A stretch of 64,000 nt of DNA, from assembly GCF_017744955.1 (NCBI RefSeq), contig NZ_JAGIAG010000018.1, positions 235,960 to 299,959 of the forward strand, in the 5' to 3' direction. The first letter of the stretch is position 1; each line of letters begins with the position of its first letter. Both the position numbers and the translations under genes were made by a program. The DNA is from Dokdonella sp. Its GTDB lineage: Bacteria > Pseudomonadota > Gammaproteobacteria > Xanthomonadales > Rhodanobacteraceae. Shown one piece after another: positions 45,530 to 55,759 of this stretch. Under the pieces are notes generated by a model that was not told where the DNA came from, made no database searches, and saw nothing but the letters and a program-made list of their open reading frames with translations.

Positions 45530-45864
45530 GCGACGACCGCGTCGGCGCTCGCCACCAGCACGAACACGCGGTCGAGGCGCGCCAGTTCGAGCACCGCGCG
45601 CACGGCGTCGCTGACCGCCACCAGCACGAAGCGGCCGCTGTGCGTGCGCGCGTTCTGGAAACCCTCGACCAGGGCCGCGATGCCGGAGGAATCGATGTAG
45701 CTGACCGCCGACAGGTCGACGCCGACCGGCCGGCCGATCGCCAGCGCGTCGAGCACGGCGCGGCGCACCTCGGCCGACCAGGACAGATCGACCTCGCCGC
45801 TGAGGCGCACCAGCACGTACCCTTCGCGGTCTTCCTTGGCCACGGTGTTGAGCGGAAAGTTCAT
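45526..45864 (-). CDS. STAS-domain protein (anti-sigma-factor antagonist / MlaB-like) retaining the phosphorylatable DSSG motif
   Basis: 112 aa from ATG 45862-45864, overlapping the upstream stop (ATGA). VLVRLSGEVDLSWSAEVRRAV...VDLSAVSYIDSSGIAALVEGF, with Ser59 at the SpoIIAA Ser58-equivalent position. Confidence 0.85.
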   Translation of the reverse strand: MNFPLNTVAKEDREGYVLVRLSGEVDLSWSAEVRRAVLDALAIGRPVGVDLSAVSYIDSSGIAALVEGFQNARTHSGRFVLVAVSDAVRAVLELARLDRVFVLVASADAVVA

Positions 45865-47618
45865 GGTTCGTTGGTCTCGTCGATCGTCTCGATGCGCTTG
45901 CGCAGGATCAGCCGGTTGCCGCGCCCTTCGCGCATCGGCTCGATGCGCCATTCGTCGACGACCTGGTCGATCAGGGCGACACCGAGGCCGCCGCTGCGGC
46001 AGTCGCCGAGCGGCTGCGGCTTGATCCGCGACGGGTCGACGCAGGGTGCCGCGTCGGTCAGCTCGAAACTCAGCAGCGCGCCGTCGCGCAGCACGCGCAA
46101 GCCGATGTCGCCGCTGCAGCTCGCGCCGTAGGCGTGGCGAATGATGTTGGTGCAGGCCTCGTCGACCGCAAGGACCAGGCGATCGCGCAAGCCGGCTTCG
46201 AGGCCGAGCGCGTCGAGCGTGCCGCGCAGTGCGGCGCGGATCTCGCGCAGTTCCTCGGGCGCGGCGCGCAGCCGGCGTTCCAGCAGCACTTCCGGGGCGT
46301 CCGCGCGCGGCGCCTCGATCGTCAGCACGGTGGTGTCGTCGACCAGGCGCAGATGGCGCAGTTCGGAGAACAGCTTGCGCAGACGCGCCTCGGCCGAACC
46401 GGTCGCGTGCCGCGCGATCAGCGCGCGCACACCGGCCGAACCGATCGGCTTGCCGCTTCCGTCGCGCACGTCGGTGGCGCCGTCGGAGAACGCGTACAGC
46501 GTGCCTCCGTCGAGCTCGACATCGTGTTCGCCGAACGCGACGCCGCGCAGGATGCCGAGCGGCGGCCCTTCCGACGGATAGTCGGCGAAGACGCCGGCGC
46601 GATGCAGCAGCACCGGCGGGAAGCCGGCGCCGGCGAAACGCACGCGCCGCGCGGCGCGGTCGCAGTAGCCGACCACGGCGCAGACGAAGCGGCCGTCCTG
46701 CGTCGTTTCGCACAGCTCGTCGTTCGCCCGCGCGAGCCAGGCCGCCGGCGCGATGCCGTCCTTGCCGGCCCAGCGCAGCAGGCTGGCCGCACGCACCATC
46801 AACAGGGCGGCGTCGAGGCCCTTGCCGGAAATGTCGCCGATGACGAAGCCGATGCGTCCGTCGGCGAGTTCGAAGTAGTCGTAGAAGTCGCCGGAGATCT
46901 CGTGCGCCGGACGGTTCAGGCCGACGATCGGGAATGCGTCGCGGCGGCGTCTGGGCAGCAGGGATTTCTGCAGGCGCCGCGCGAGATCGAACTCGCGCCG
47001 CATGCGCTGCTGCTCGAGCAGGGCCTGCGCCTGGCGCGCGTTGCTGATCGCCAGCGCGATCGGCACGGAAATCGCGTCGAGCAGCTCGGCGTCGAGCGCC
47101 GACAGCGGCACGCCGTCGCGCCGATTGACGATCTCCAGTGCGCCGATCGGGCCGGCGGCGGTGCGCAGCGGCGCGCAGATCAGACTGCGCGCGACGAAGC
47201 CGTCGGCCGCGTGCCAGATCGAGGTTTCCTCTGCCGCGGTGGCGATGAGATGCGTCGCGTCGCCGGCGACCGCGCGGCCGGCCGCGCCGTGGCCGATCGC
47301 GAGCCGGGTTCCGGTCAGGTCGATCGGACCGATGCACAGCTTGCACTCGAGCAGGCGCGCCGCCGGGACGGCGTCCGCGTCGAGTCGATCGGCGTCGCCT
47401 CGATCGTCGAGCAGGAAAAACGCCGCCGCTTCGACCTGCATGAAGTCGACCACGCGATGCAGGGATTCGGTGACGGTGCGGCGCAGGTCGAGCGAGACCG
47501 CCAGTGCCTGCGACAGCTCGGCCAGAAACGCCAGCGCTTCGGAGGCGGAGGCACGCGCCGGCGCGCCATCCGCCCGCACGGACGCGGGCGGCGGCGGTAG
47601 CGCGTGCGCCAGGTTCAT
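45861..47618 (-). CDS. GAF - PP2C (SpoIIE/RsbU-type) phosphatase - RsbW-type HATPase kinase fusion protein
   Basis: 585 aa from ATG 47616-47618, overlapping the pssA stop (ATGA). GAF-like N-terminus. PP2C blocks ISGDFYDYF, GDISGKGLDAALLM, LYAFSDGATD. C-terminal kinase N-box AVDEACTNIIRHAY and G-box GGLGVALID. Confidence 0.85.
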   Translation of the reverse strand: MNLAHALPPPPASVRADGAPARASASEALAFLAELSQALAVSLDLRRTVTESLHRVVDFMQVEAAAFFLLDDRGDADRLDADAVPAARLLECKLCIGPIDLTGTRLAIGHGAAGRAVAGDATHLIATAAEETSIWHAADGFVARSLICAPLRTAAGPIGALEIVNRRDGVPLSALDAELLDAISVPIALAISNARQAQALLEQQRMRREFDLARRLQKSLLPRRRRDAFPIVGLNRPAHEISGDFYDYFELADGRIGFVIGDISGKGLDAALLMVRAASLLRWAGKDGIAPAAWLARANDELCETTQDGRFVCAVVGYCDRAARRVRFAGAGFPPVLLHRAGVFADYPSEGPPLGILRGVAFGEHDVELDGGTLYAFSDGATDVRDGSGKPIGSAGVRALIARHATGSAEARLRKLFSELRHLRLVDDTTVLTIEAPRADAPEVLLERRLRAAPEELREIRAALRGTLDALGLEAGLRDRLVLAVDEACTNIIRHAYGASCSGDIGLRVLRDGALLSFELTDAAPCVDPSRIKPQPLGDCRSGGLGVALIDQVVDEWRIEPMREGRGNRLILRKRIETIDETNEP

Positions 47619-48433
47619 TCGTCCGTCCGACCGGCTTCGCGCAGCGCGCGGCGGCTGCTGCGCTTCTGGCGCAGGCCCCACAGGGTCATGACCGGTCCCG
47701 ACAGGACGTACAGCACGGCGATCGCGAACATCACGCGCGGCGTGTCGACGGCCAGCGCGACCAGGATCAGCATCGCGATCGGAATCCAGATGAACGGCAC
47801 GCGGTCGGATTTCGGTCCGGCCTTGAAGCTGAAATAGCGGAAGCGACTCACCATCAGCAGGCCGGCGACGATCGCGATCACCGGCGTGACGAAATCGACG
47901 TCGTTCGAATCGAGGCCGAACAGGCCCTTGTCCTCGATCGCCCAGACGAAGGACATGCACAACCCGGCCGCGGCCGGGCTGGCCAGGCCCTGGAAGTAGC
48001 GCTTGTCGGCGACGCCGACCTGGGTGTTGAAGCGCGCCAGCCGCAGCGCCGCGCAGGCCGCGTAGATGAAGGCCGCGGCCCAGCCGAGCTTGCCCCAGCC
48101 CGAGCCGTACGCCTTCAGCGCCGACAGCGACCAGGTGTAGAGCACCAGCGACGGCGCCAGGCCGAAGCTGACCAGATCCGACAGCGAGTCGTACTGCACG
48201 CCAAATTCGCTCTGCGTGCCGGTCAGGCGCGCGACGCGCCCGTCGAGCCCGTCGAGCACGCCGGCGACGAAGACCGCGATCGCGGCCTCGGTGTAGCGCC
48301 CGCCGATCGCCGCGACGATCGCGTAGAAGCCGGCGAACATCGCCGCGGTGGTGAACAGGTTCGGCAGCAGATAGATGCCGCGCGGCGGCTTGCGCGTACC
48401 GGTCGAAGAATCGGCGAGGTCGGTCGGCGGCAT
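47615..48433 (-). CDS. pssA: CDP-diacylglycerol--serine O-phosphatidyltransferase
   Basis: 272 aa from ATG 48431-48433. CDP-alcohol phosphatidyltransferase motif DGLDGRVARLTGTQSEFGVQYDSLSD. Polytopic. Confidence 0.88.
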   Translation of the reverse strand: MPPTDLADSSTGTRKPPRGIYLLPNLFTTAAMFAGFYAIVAAIGGRYTEAAIAVFVAGVLDGLDGRVARLTGTQSEFGVQYDSLSDLVSFGLAPSLVLYTWSLSALKAYGSGWGKLGWAAAFIYAACAALRLARFNTQVGVADKRYFQGLASPAAAGLCMSFVWAIEDKGLFGLDSNDVDFVTPVIAIVAGLLMVSRFRYFSFKAGPKSDRVPFIWIPIAMLILVALAVDTPRVMFAIAVLYVLSGPVMTLWGLRQKRSSRRALREAGRTDE

Positions 48434-48737
48434 TGCCCGGCATCGAAAGGTGGGACGGCGGAAGTGTACCGTGATCCTGGTGGCGCAGCGCTGCGGCACC
48501 GCCGCGCACGATCGCCGCCGCAGGCGGGATCAGGCCTCACCGGCGCGATCGTTCGCCCGTGGCCGCGGAGTGACCGTCCCGCGTGACACAGCCGAAGGAC
48601 GCCGTTCCGCACGGCGCGACGAGCAAACCGCGGCAGAATGCCCGGTTTTGTAAACTCCCTGCTTGTACCGTCGCGCTGGTGATGCTATCCAGTCGCCCGC
48701 AAGGCGCCGCCCTGGGCGCCCCGCCAAGGGGGAACCG

Positions 48738-49160
48738 ATGAAACGCTTCCAGCTGGTGCTCGCGCTGCTGGTATTCGCCGCGCCGGTCGCGGCGACCGAG
48801 ATGTATTCCTGGACCGACGCCAACGGCGTCAAGCATTTTTCCGACTCGCCGCCGCCGGCGAATGTGGCCAAGGCGAAGAAGCTGAAGGTCAAGGGCGGCG
48901 TCACCAGTACGGCGAGCGACGAGGAAGAGAAGCCCGCCGACAAGAACGCCGGCCCCGCCCTCGCGGCAGCCGCCGGCTACGCGCCGGAAGACATCAAGCG
49001 CAATTGCGAAATCGCGCGCAAGAACCTCGCCAATCTCGACGCGCAGAAGCTGCCGCTCGATGCGAACGGCCAGCCGGTCGACGCCGAAGCGGCGAAGAGC
49101 CATCAAGCGCAAGTCGAGAAGACCAACCAGCAGATCAAGCTGTTCTGCGCGGCGCACTGA
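48738..49160 (+). CDS. DUF4124-type periplasmic protein
   Basis: 140 aa from ATG 48738, preceded by AAGGGGGA. Signal peptide MKRFQLVLALLVFAAPVAA followed by MYSWTDANGVKHFSDSPP. Confidence 0.75.
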   Translation: MKRFQLVLALLVFAAPVAATEMYSWTDANGVKHFSDSPPPANVAKAKKLKVKGGVTSTASDEEEKPADKNAGPALAAAAGYAPEDIKRNCEIARKNLANLDAQKLPLDANGQPVDAEAAKSHQAQVEKTNQQIKLFCAAH

Positions 49161-49379
49161 GTCGCGACGAGTCGATTTCCCCCGCACCCGATCGACGTCG
49201 AAAACGAACCGTCCTCTCCCGCTCCGGGGAGGATCGGCGCTTCGTGCCGCCTCGACGACCTGCGGAAGGGCGTAAATGGCAATCCCACCCGCCATTGGCC
49301 GGGAGGAAACCTCGACGGCAGCACGGAAAATGCCCTCCCACTGCTAGAATCGCGGGTTTGATAACCCGATCGGAACCCC

Positions 49380-51077
49380 ATGCGCCTCTCCCGCTTCCAT
49401 CTCGCGACCGTCAAGGAAGTTCCGGCCGACGCTGAAATCGCGAGTCATCGACTGATGCTGCGCACCGGCATGATCCGCAAGCTCGCGGCCGGCATCTACA
49501 CCTGGGCGCCGCTCGGCCTGCGCGTGTTGCGCAGGGTCGAACAGATCGTGCGCGAGGAAATGAATCGCGCGGGCGCGGTCGAATTGCTGATGCCGTCGAT
49601 CCAGCCGAAGGAACTGTGGGAGGAGACCGGCCGCTGGGAGAAATTCGGCGGCCAGTTGCTGAAGATCAAGGACCGCAAGGAAGCCGGTTATTGCTACGGC
49701 CCGACTCACGAGGAAGTGATTACCGATTTCGCGCGCAACGAGCTGAAGAGCTACAAGCAGCTGCCGGTCAACTTCTATCAGATCCAGACCAAATTCCGCG
49801 ACGAGATCCGGCCGCGTTTCGGCGTCATGCGCGCACGCGAATTCCTGATGAAGGACGCGTATTCGTTCCATCTGAGCGCGGAATGCCTGGCGGACGAATA
49901 CCGCAACATGTACGACACCTACGGCCGCATCTTCACGCGCCTGGGACTTCAATTCCGCGCCGTGCAGGCCGATACCGGCGCGATCGGCGGAAACGCCAGC
50001 CACGAATTCCAGGTACTCGCCGACTCGGGCGAAGACGCCATCGCGTTCTCGACCGAATCGGACTACGCCGCCAATATCGAGATGGCCGAAGCGCTGGCGC
50101 CGAGCGGATCGCGCGCCGCGCCCGCGCAGGCGCTCGAACGCGTCGCCACGCCGACGCAGAAAACCATCGACGAGGTCAGCGCGTTTCTCGGCGTGAAGCC
50201 CGAGCAATGCGTCAAGACGATCCTGGTGCGCGGCGTCGACGGCCTGGTCGCGCTGTGCGTGCGCGGCGACCACGAGGTCAACGAGGTCAAGGCGGGCAAG
50301 CTGGCCGAACTCCCGGGTGCCTCGGTGCTCGCCGACGAGGCCGAGATCGTGCGCGTGACGGGTACCCGGCCCGGCTTCATCGGCCCGGTCGGCCTGCCCG
50401 AGTCGATCCCGGTCGTCGTCGACCGCAGCGCTGCCGCCGTCGCCGATTTCGTCTGCGGCGGCAACCAGGACGGCAGCCACTACCGCGGCGCGAACTGGGA
50501 GCGCGACGCGCGCGTCACGCGCGTCGCCGACATCCGCAAGGTCGTCGAAGGCGACGCCTCGCCGGACGGCCGCGGCAGCCTGAAGATCGCGCGCGGCATC
50601 GAGGTCGGTCACGTGTTCCAGCTCGGCTCGAAGTACGCCGAGGCGATGGGTGCAACCGTGCTCGACGACGGCGGCAAGGCCAGCGTGATGCAGATGGGCT
50701 GCTACGGCATCGGCGTCAGCCGCATCGTCGCCGCGGCGATCGAGCAGAACCACGACGACAACGGCATCCTCTGGCCCGAACCGATGGCGCCGTGGCGCGT
50801 CGCGATCTGCCCGATCGGCGCGCAGCAGAACGCGCAGGTGCGCGAGGAAGCCGAGCGGCTGTATGCCGAGCTGAACGAGCGCGGCATCGAGGCCCTGCTC
50901 GACGACCGCGGGCTGCGGCCGGGGCCGATGTTCGCCGACATCGAGCTGATCGGGATTCCGCACCGCATCGTCGTCAGCGAGCGCGGACTCGCCGCCGGCA
51001 CGTTCGAATATCGCCGCCGCGGCGAAAGCGAAAACCATGCGCTCGACCGCGAGGAACTGCTGCGCCGATTGGGCTGA
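49380..51077 (+). CDS. proS: Prolyl-tRNA synthetase
   Basis: 565 aa: class II motifs, [45 protein letters not shown], and an INS editing domain. Confidence 0.95.
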   Translation: MRLSRFHLATVKEVPADAEIASHRLMLRTGMIRKLAAGIYTWAPLGLRVLRRVEQIVREEMNRAGAVELLMPSIQPKELWEETGRWEKFGGQLLKIKDRKEAGYCYGPTHEEVITDFARNELKSYKQLPVNFYQIQTKFRDEIRPRFGVMRAREFLMKDAYSFHLSAECLADEYRNMYDTYGRIFTRLGLQFRAVQADTGAIGGNASHEFQVLADSGEDAIAFSTESDYAANIEMAEALAPSGSRAAPAQALERVATPTQKTIDEVSAFLGVKPEQCVKTILVRGVDGLVALCVRGDHEVNEVKAGKLAELPGASVLADEAEIVRVTGTRPGFIGPVGLPESIPVVVDRSAAAVADFVCGGNQDGSHYRGANWERDARVTRVADIRKVVEGDASPDGRGSLKIARGIEVGHVFQLGSKYAEAMGATVLDDGGKASVMQMGCYGIGVSRIVAAAIEQNHDDNGILWPEPMAPWRVAICPIGAQQNAQVREEAERLYAELNERGIEALLDDRGLRPGPMFADIELIGIPHRIVVSERGLAAGTFEYRRRGESENHALDREELLRRLG

Positions 51078-51111
51078 CGGCAATTCGATCCGCCGATTGA
51101 AAAACTCATTT

Positions 51112-51136
51112 AGCCCGGCTAAATGCCGGGCTTTAT
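51112..51136 (+). terminator. Putative intrinsic terminator of proS
   Basis: Stem AGCCCGGC (51112-51119) / GCCGGGCT (51125-51132), loop TAAAT, followed by TTAT. Confidence 0.55.
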
Positions 51137-51356
51137 GTCACCGTGAAATCGATGCGAATGCGCAGTGCCTTCGCAATGTGGATTTTCGGGTCTCGTCGCG
51201 GCTAAACTAGCGCCCGTCCGGCGCATGTGCCTTTCGGCATACGGCAAGCCGAAGCATGGAATGCGAAAATCCGCCGAGCCATTCGGTCGAGCGAAAGCGC
51301 CGGACCGAATGGATTCCATGGTTTCTTCCCCGAATAATCGACGAGGTAAACAAAGC

Positions 51357-51689
51357 ATGGCGATCGATCTCAAGTCCCTCAACCACAATCAGCTCTCCGA
51401 CCTGATTGCGCGCGCGAAAGCGCGCCAGGAAGAACTGGTCAAGGAAAAGGCCACCAAGCTGCGCGAGAAAATCAACGCGCTGGTCAAGGCCGAAGGATTC
51501 GGGCTCGACGAAGTACTCGGCCGCAACAGCGGTGGCGGCGCTCGCGGCAAGGCGCGCGGCAAGGTCAAGCCGAAGTACCGCAATCCGGCCGATCCGAGCC
51601 AGACCTGGAGTGGCCGCGGCAAGCGCCCGCGTTGGTTCCATGCCGCGCTTTCCGCCGGCAAGAAGGAAAAGGATCTGCTGATCGGCTGA
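51357..51689 (+). CDS. H-NS-family nucleoid-associated protein
   Basis: 110 aa from ATG 51357. N-terminal coiled coil (LSDLIARAKARQEELVKEKATKLREKINALV). C-terminal DNA-binding motif YRNPADPSQTWSGRGKRPRWF. The upstream extension of the track ORF is rejected. Confidence 0.85.
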   Translation: MAIDLKSLNHNQLSDLIARAKARQEELVKEKATKLREKINALVKAEGFGLDEVLGRNSGGGARGKARGKVKPKYRNPADPSQTWSGRGKRPRWFHAALSAGKKEKDLLIG

Positions 51690-51713
51690 TCCGCTGCGCG
51701 ATCGACGAATACG

Positions 51714-51746
51714 AAACGCCGGCTCCGAGCCGGCGTTTTTGTTTTC
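51714..51746 (+). terminator. Intrinsic terminator of the H-NS-like gene
   Basis: Stem AACGCCGGCTC / GAGCCGGCGTT with a 2-4 nt loop region, followed by TTTTTGTTTT. Confidence 0.75.
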
Positions 51747-52054
51747 GTACGATGCCTCGCCATTCCGCGGATCGCCGCACGATCGGCCCATGAGGAGCCG
51801 GACCGCGATCGCCGACGATCGCGTTCCCCATTATTTCCGCGCAGTGGCCCGTAATCGCCCTCCAGCCAGCCGCGGGAGCGGTGCGCCGCCTGTCCCGCAG
51901 CCCCCAAGTGCAGCCATCTGCCGGCCGCACTTCTCAGTTTTCGCATCGGCGGCGGCCTCAAACTGGCGAGCGTCCGGCGCTTCCCCGATAATTCACCGTT
52001 GCCGTGCGGCCACTCGCCGCCGCCCTCGCCCCGAAACCGACGCATCGACCTGAC

Positions 52055-54010
<1,956 letters not shown>

Positions 54011-54050
54011 CCATGGCGCAGGCCAGGGTGCCTGGACAACGGGTTCGGAC

Positions 54051-54758
54051 GTGCTGAAGTCGGCCTATGTCCACTTCATGCGCACGGTGGCGGTACCGCT
54101 GCGCGCCAGCGGACTGCTCGATTGCCTGCAGCGCGCCCCGACCGGCTCCTTTCGCTTCTGGCTCGGCAGCCAGTTCGCCATCTACGATGCGGCGCAACTG
54201 GCGCGCATGGACGTTCCGTGGTGGACGTTCTCCGCGATTGCACAGGTCGAGCGCTGGATCGCCGGACGTGGCGGCGACGTGCGCGCATTCGAATACGGCA
54301 CCGGAGCCAGCACGGCTTGGCTGGCGCGACGTTGCCGGCAGGTGGTTTCGGCCGAGCACGATGCCGGCTTCCTGCGCGCGATGGCGCCGCTGCTGGCGCT
54401 GGACAACGTCGAACTGCGCCTGGCCGAACCACGCCGCGGCGTGGCTTCGACGCAGGTGCGTTCCGGCCGGCGCGGCTACGCCGACTGCGATTTTTCCGAC
54501 TACGTCGACGCGATCGGCGCGGATCGCTACGACCTGATCGTCATCGACGGCCGCGCGCGCGTCGCCTGCTTCGAACGCGCACGGCGGCAGCTCGCCCGCG
54601 GTGGCCTGATCGTCTTCGACAACTCCGAACGATCGCGCTACGCCTCCGCGTTGAACTGGGCCGGCGACACTGTCGCACGCTGCCGCGGCTGGGCGCCGGC
54701 GCTGCCGTACCCATCCGAGACTTCCCTGATCACCCTGTCCGAGGAGGCCCGCGGATGA
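54051..54758 (+). CDS. Class I SAM-dependent methyltransferase-like protein
   Basis: 235 aa from GTG 54051: VRAFEYGTGASTAWLARRC, YDLIVIDGRARVACFERARRQLARGGLIVFDNS. Its stop overlaps the next ATG (ATGA). Confidence 0.65.
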   Translation: MLKSAYVHFMRTVAVPLRASGLLDCLQRAPTGSFRFWLGSQFAIYDAAQLARMDVPWWTFSAIAQVERWIAGRGGDVRAFEYGTGASTAWLARRCRQVVSAEHDAGFLRAMAPLLALDNVELRLAEPRRGVASTQVRSGRRGYADCDFSDYVDAIGADRYDLIVIDGRARVACFERARRQLARGGLIVFDNSERSRYASALNWAGDTVARCRGWAPALPYPSETSLITLSEEARG

Positions 54759-55759
54759 CGTCATCTTCCCTGCCCAGCGTTTCGATCGTCGTGCCGGTGA
54801 TGAACGAGGAGCAGACGATCACGCGCCTGGCCGAAGAGGTCGTCGCCGTGGCCGATGCGCAAGACGGTTTTCGGCTGGTCGATCTGCACTTCATCGACGA
54901 CGGCAGCAACGACGCCACCTGGGAACGGATTTGCGAAGCCGCGGGCGCCGACCTGCGAGTCCGCGGCATACGGCTGCGCCGCAACTTCGGCAAGGCTACC
55001 GCCCTGCAGATCGGCGCCGAGGCCGCCGCCGGCGACATCATCGTGACGATGGACGGCGACCTGCAAGACGATCCGCGCGAGCTGCCGCGTTTCGTCGCCG
55101 CCGTGCTCGCCGGCGACGACGTCGTGTCGGGCTGGAAGCGGACTCGCCACGATCCGCTCGGCAAGACCTTGCCGTCGAAGGTCTTCAACGCGATCACCGC
55201 CTGGGCCTCCAGCATCCCGCTGCACGACTTCAACTGCGGCTACAAGGCCTATCGACGCGAAGTGTTCGAGGCCGTGCATCTGTACGGCGAACTGCACCGC
55301 TTCGTGCCGGTGCTCGCGCACGCCTGCGGCTTTCGCATAGGCGAGATCGAGGTGACCCACCACCCGCGCCGCTTCGGCCATTCCAAGTACGGCGCGCGGC
55401 GTTTCCTGCGCGGCCTGCTGGATCTATTCACGGTCATGACGGTGACGCGTTACGCGCGCAAGCCGGGGCACCTGTTCGGCGCCGGCGGCCTCGTGCTCGG
55501 CGCCCTGGGAACGCTCGTGCTGGCATGGCTCAGCGTGCAGTGGCTGCTCGGACATGCGATCGGCGAGCGACCGCTGCTGCAGCTGGGCGTGCTGCTGGTG
55601 CTGGTCGGCATGCAGCTCCTGATGTTCGGCCTGCTCGCCGAGTTGATGATCAGCCGCGATCGCGACTCGCCCAGTGCGGCGCTGGTGCGCGAGCGCTGCG
55701 GCGAACGCCTTTCCTCGACGACGCGCAACGACGCACCCGAGCGGGCATTGCGGCAATGA
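54755..55759 (+). CDS. GT2 polyprenyl-phosphate glycosyltransferase (GtrB / Dpm1 / ArnC-like)
   Basis: 334 aa: VSIVVPVMNEE, DDGSNDAT, DXD block TMDGDLQDDP, and two C-terminal TM helices typical of GtrB-type enzymes. Confidence 0.85.
   Translation: MTSSSLPSVSIVVPVMNEEQTITRLAEEVVAVADAQDGFRLVDLHFIDDGSNDATWERICEAAGADLRVRGIRLRRNFGKATALQIGAEAAAGDIIVTMDGDLQDDPRELPRFVAAVLAGDDVVSGWKRTRHDPLGKTLPSKVFNAITAWASSIPLHDFNCGYKAYRREVFEAVHLYGELHRFVPVLAHACGFRIGEIEVTHHPRRFGHSKYGARRFLRGLLDLFTVMTVTRYARKPGHLFGAGGLVLGALGTLVLAWLSVQWLLGHAIGERPLLQLGVLLVLVGMQLLMFGLLAELMISRDRDSPSAALVRERCGERLSSTTRNDAPERALRQ

Noticed and set aside
51165-51356. N-terminal 64-aa extension of the H-NS-like ORF
   Set aside because: The extension lies in the A/T-rich promoter-like region, has atypical codon usage and no homology features. 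The internal ATG at 51357 yields a canonical H-NS-family protein of about 110 aa.
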